Positions 61,574 through 64,000 of a stretch of DNA of 64,000 bases are shown one piece after another. Made by a program: the position numbers and the translations under genes. This DNA comes from Iphione sp. A-MEVVRFRX5 (lineage: Eukaryota): the NCBI GenBank assembly GCA_976226885.1, contig OZ320321.1, positions 21,390,001-21,454,000 of the forward strand. Reading direction: 5' to 3'. The stretch's first letter is position 1; each line of letters opens with the position of its first letter. The notes beneath the pieces were generated by a model. The model was not told the DNA's origin, did not search any database, and worked only from the letters and a program-made list of their open reading frames with translations.

Positions 61574-64000
61574 TGTAGACCTTCGCCGTTCCCAAGAATA
61601 CACAGACGCGAATTATAAAATAATATAAGTGAATAGCACGCCATACTGCAATACATATAGAGGGTCAGTTTTGCTTGGATTTTTTTTTGGAAAAAAGAAT
61701 TGTCTGTATTCAACGCTGTATCGTCATCCTGATGAGGCAAGTCAGTGTATAAGACCCCGGAGCAGCTGCACATACTTCACAATAGAGTATGTCTGGCCCA
61801 TGCATACAGCCTGCTGCATCGCCCAAGCGAAGGAGTGAAAATGATTGTGCAGTGATGAATAGTTCTCCCGATTTCTACGGAACAAATCCAGGTTGTGGCC
61901 ACAGGTGTTATCAGAAACAAGCACTTCAGTTTGGTGTCGTCTATCTCGAGTACTATGCTGGCAGAAATTCATTAACACCATTGCCCTAGACAAAAGGTGT
62001 AGGTAGCCCGACTGGCAATGTACACGTATGAATATAATCGTGCCTAACATACATATCCTGCAAGTATAGATATGTTCTGATGGCCTCAAACGTCTCAAAA
62101 AGTATCCTAAACTTCCTTTTCGTTTAAATAGCTGTCTTTCTTAATCTTTCACTTTCATAGTCTTTACATGTCTCAACATATTGTGTATATTTATATTTAT
62201 TTTATGACTTTCCCTGTGTAACGCATATTATCTTCTCCATCCTATCCCTCCGTGACTCTATTTCACCCATCTGGATGTCCATCCTCTCTGAAAACCTTTG
62301 GCCCCACCGTTTTCCTTTACCTGTACCACTGTCTCTCCCTCTCCCCTTCCCCCCTCCCACCCCGTACATGTAACTCCTCCGTTGCCCTGTGCCCTCCACT
62401 GCCCCATGTATCTGTAATGGAGGTCGACCCGCTGAGACGGAACTCCTACCTTTGGAGGCTGGATGAAACAGACTACCTAAGTACCAACCCCTGGTACAGG
62501 TAGTACTGATGTGTCTGAGGCTGTCAGGTAAGACTGGCCAAGGCCAACTACAGACACCTGATGTACTAGTGAAGAACGTGCATTGATAACGTATATATAT
62601 ATTAATCCATATTAATCTCCCAACTATTACAGGCCTCCCCCCCCCCTCTCCCCTGTGTTTCATTACCACATCACAGACGTACATTACTAACGGCAATACC
62701 GTGTCTGGCACTCGGGGGGAGGGGGAAGTTTCCTGCAGGCTCGTCCCATCTGCTCACGCATGAGCCAGCCACCACCCCGTAACAGCTCACCTTTTCATCC
62801 TGCCTGTGGTCTCCTTTCTAACAATCAATCTTACGAGTGTTCCAGACTCGAGCCGAAGGCTGCGGGTGATCCAGCTGCACCTGTGTCAGTAATAAGGTTC
62901 TCTTTAGGCTTATGTCTCTTGAAGGAACTGCGTTCACGTGATCGGTTCGGAACCCTTTATGGGATATAGCAGTGACGCCACGGCCTCTGTGAGGGTAGAG
63001 GACTAATAGTACTCTTTAATCAAAGGATGTATCTAGGTACATGTACCTCTTAAGCATACCTTCATCTATTCTCTGACACTCTACTCGTCGTCTGTATCGT
63101 GTCGACCTTGGACTCTGCCTGCCGGTTTGCCCCAGGGATATGTAATCACATCAGGTCGAATAGTATAACATAAGGTCACTCAATACATAGGGTGACAGGG
63201 GTCAACATAGAGTACATAGTACAATTATACATGAGGTACAATACATAGGGACACAGGGTCAACATAGAGTCACTCAAATATTTCACCGGGATCTTGAAAA
63301 AACAAAGAAACTTTTCCTCCTGCGTATACCTTTGCGTAGAGGGTACACAAATCAATATGATATGGGATCTTGAATTCAGCAGGTCTGGTCTATGCACCTT
63401 TTTCTATATATGAAAGTAAAAATTATGGTTATGATCCATGTGTTTATATATGTATGTATGTTCACTGGGGTACGGTATATATGTGTATGGTTTATGTCTA
63501 TGTAGTCAGTTCTACAATGAACGTTAAAAAAACGAGTTTCTCTTCGAGACTGCCTTGACAATCAGGTGTCGAAAATGACAATGGGGTTCTGTGCATCCAG
63601 ATCACTCTCCTCCCTTATTTGGTATTGAAGCTGTGATTGGTTACTGAGAGATCAGCCCATATCTCCTAATGTGGAGGGAGCTCTCTGATTGGTGGAAAAT
63701 ATTCCATAGTTTGTTATTTTGTATCCTTTTTCTAGAGGAAGTGTATTCATTGGCTGAAAACATCTTTTTAACATGATACTTTGTTGCAACTGATGGAACT
63801 GTGTTCTGATTCATCAGATAGTGAAGCCAGGCCTCTGATTGGTTAATTAGTGTTTGGAAAGGCTACATAAACACTGGTTTGGGAAGGAAATAAACAGCTT
63901 GGAACCAGCAGCCTTGGTGTTCACACCAACTGTATTGGTCCACTTTACAGTACCGACAGCAAAGGTCATATAATAACCCTGTAGCTATCTATTTGGTAGA

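Noticed and set aside
20528-62711. Long track ORFs such as 20528-20974, 25404-25670, 30778-31190, 44145-44519, 59936-60451 and 62202-62711
   Set aside because: They run through microsatellite or low-complexity DNA that lacks stop codons, giving LSLSLS/ERERER-type peptides.

Overview
AT-rich metazoan genomic DNA, with many (GA)n/(CA)n microsatellites and frequent TACATGTA words. An invertebrate source is likely, but the taxon cannot be assigned from sequence alone. It is not prokaryotic: there are no operons, rRNA, intact tRNA or CRISPR array. The only unambiguous protein-coding signal is a 5'-truncated, uninterrupted reverse-transcriptase ORF2 of a CR1/L2-group LINE (22249-23283), followed by a 3' UTR, hairpin, AATAAA and (AATC)n tail. 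The rest is a transposon-rich intergenic or intronic landscape. It contains 2-3 older 3' ends of similar LINEs, a solo LTR with a 4-bp TSD, three copies of a PIF/Harbinger-like MITE, TA-flanked Tc1/mariner-like MITEs (one holding 21-bp and 63-bp periodic minisatellites) and a palindromic MITE with a 5-bp TSD. It also has a decayed, possibly intron-containing ORF resembling Sola-type transposases, several CCAAT/ETS/CTCF motif clusters and some unassigned exon-like segments. No host gene could be named. Most ORFs in the supplied track are chance or microsatellite frames. Family assignments for degraded fragments come from recalled motifs, not database searches.
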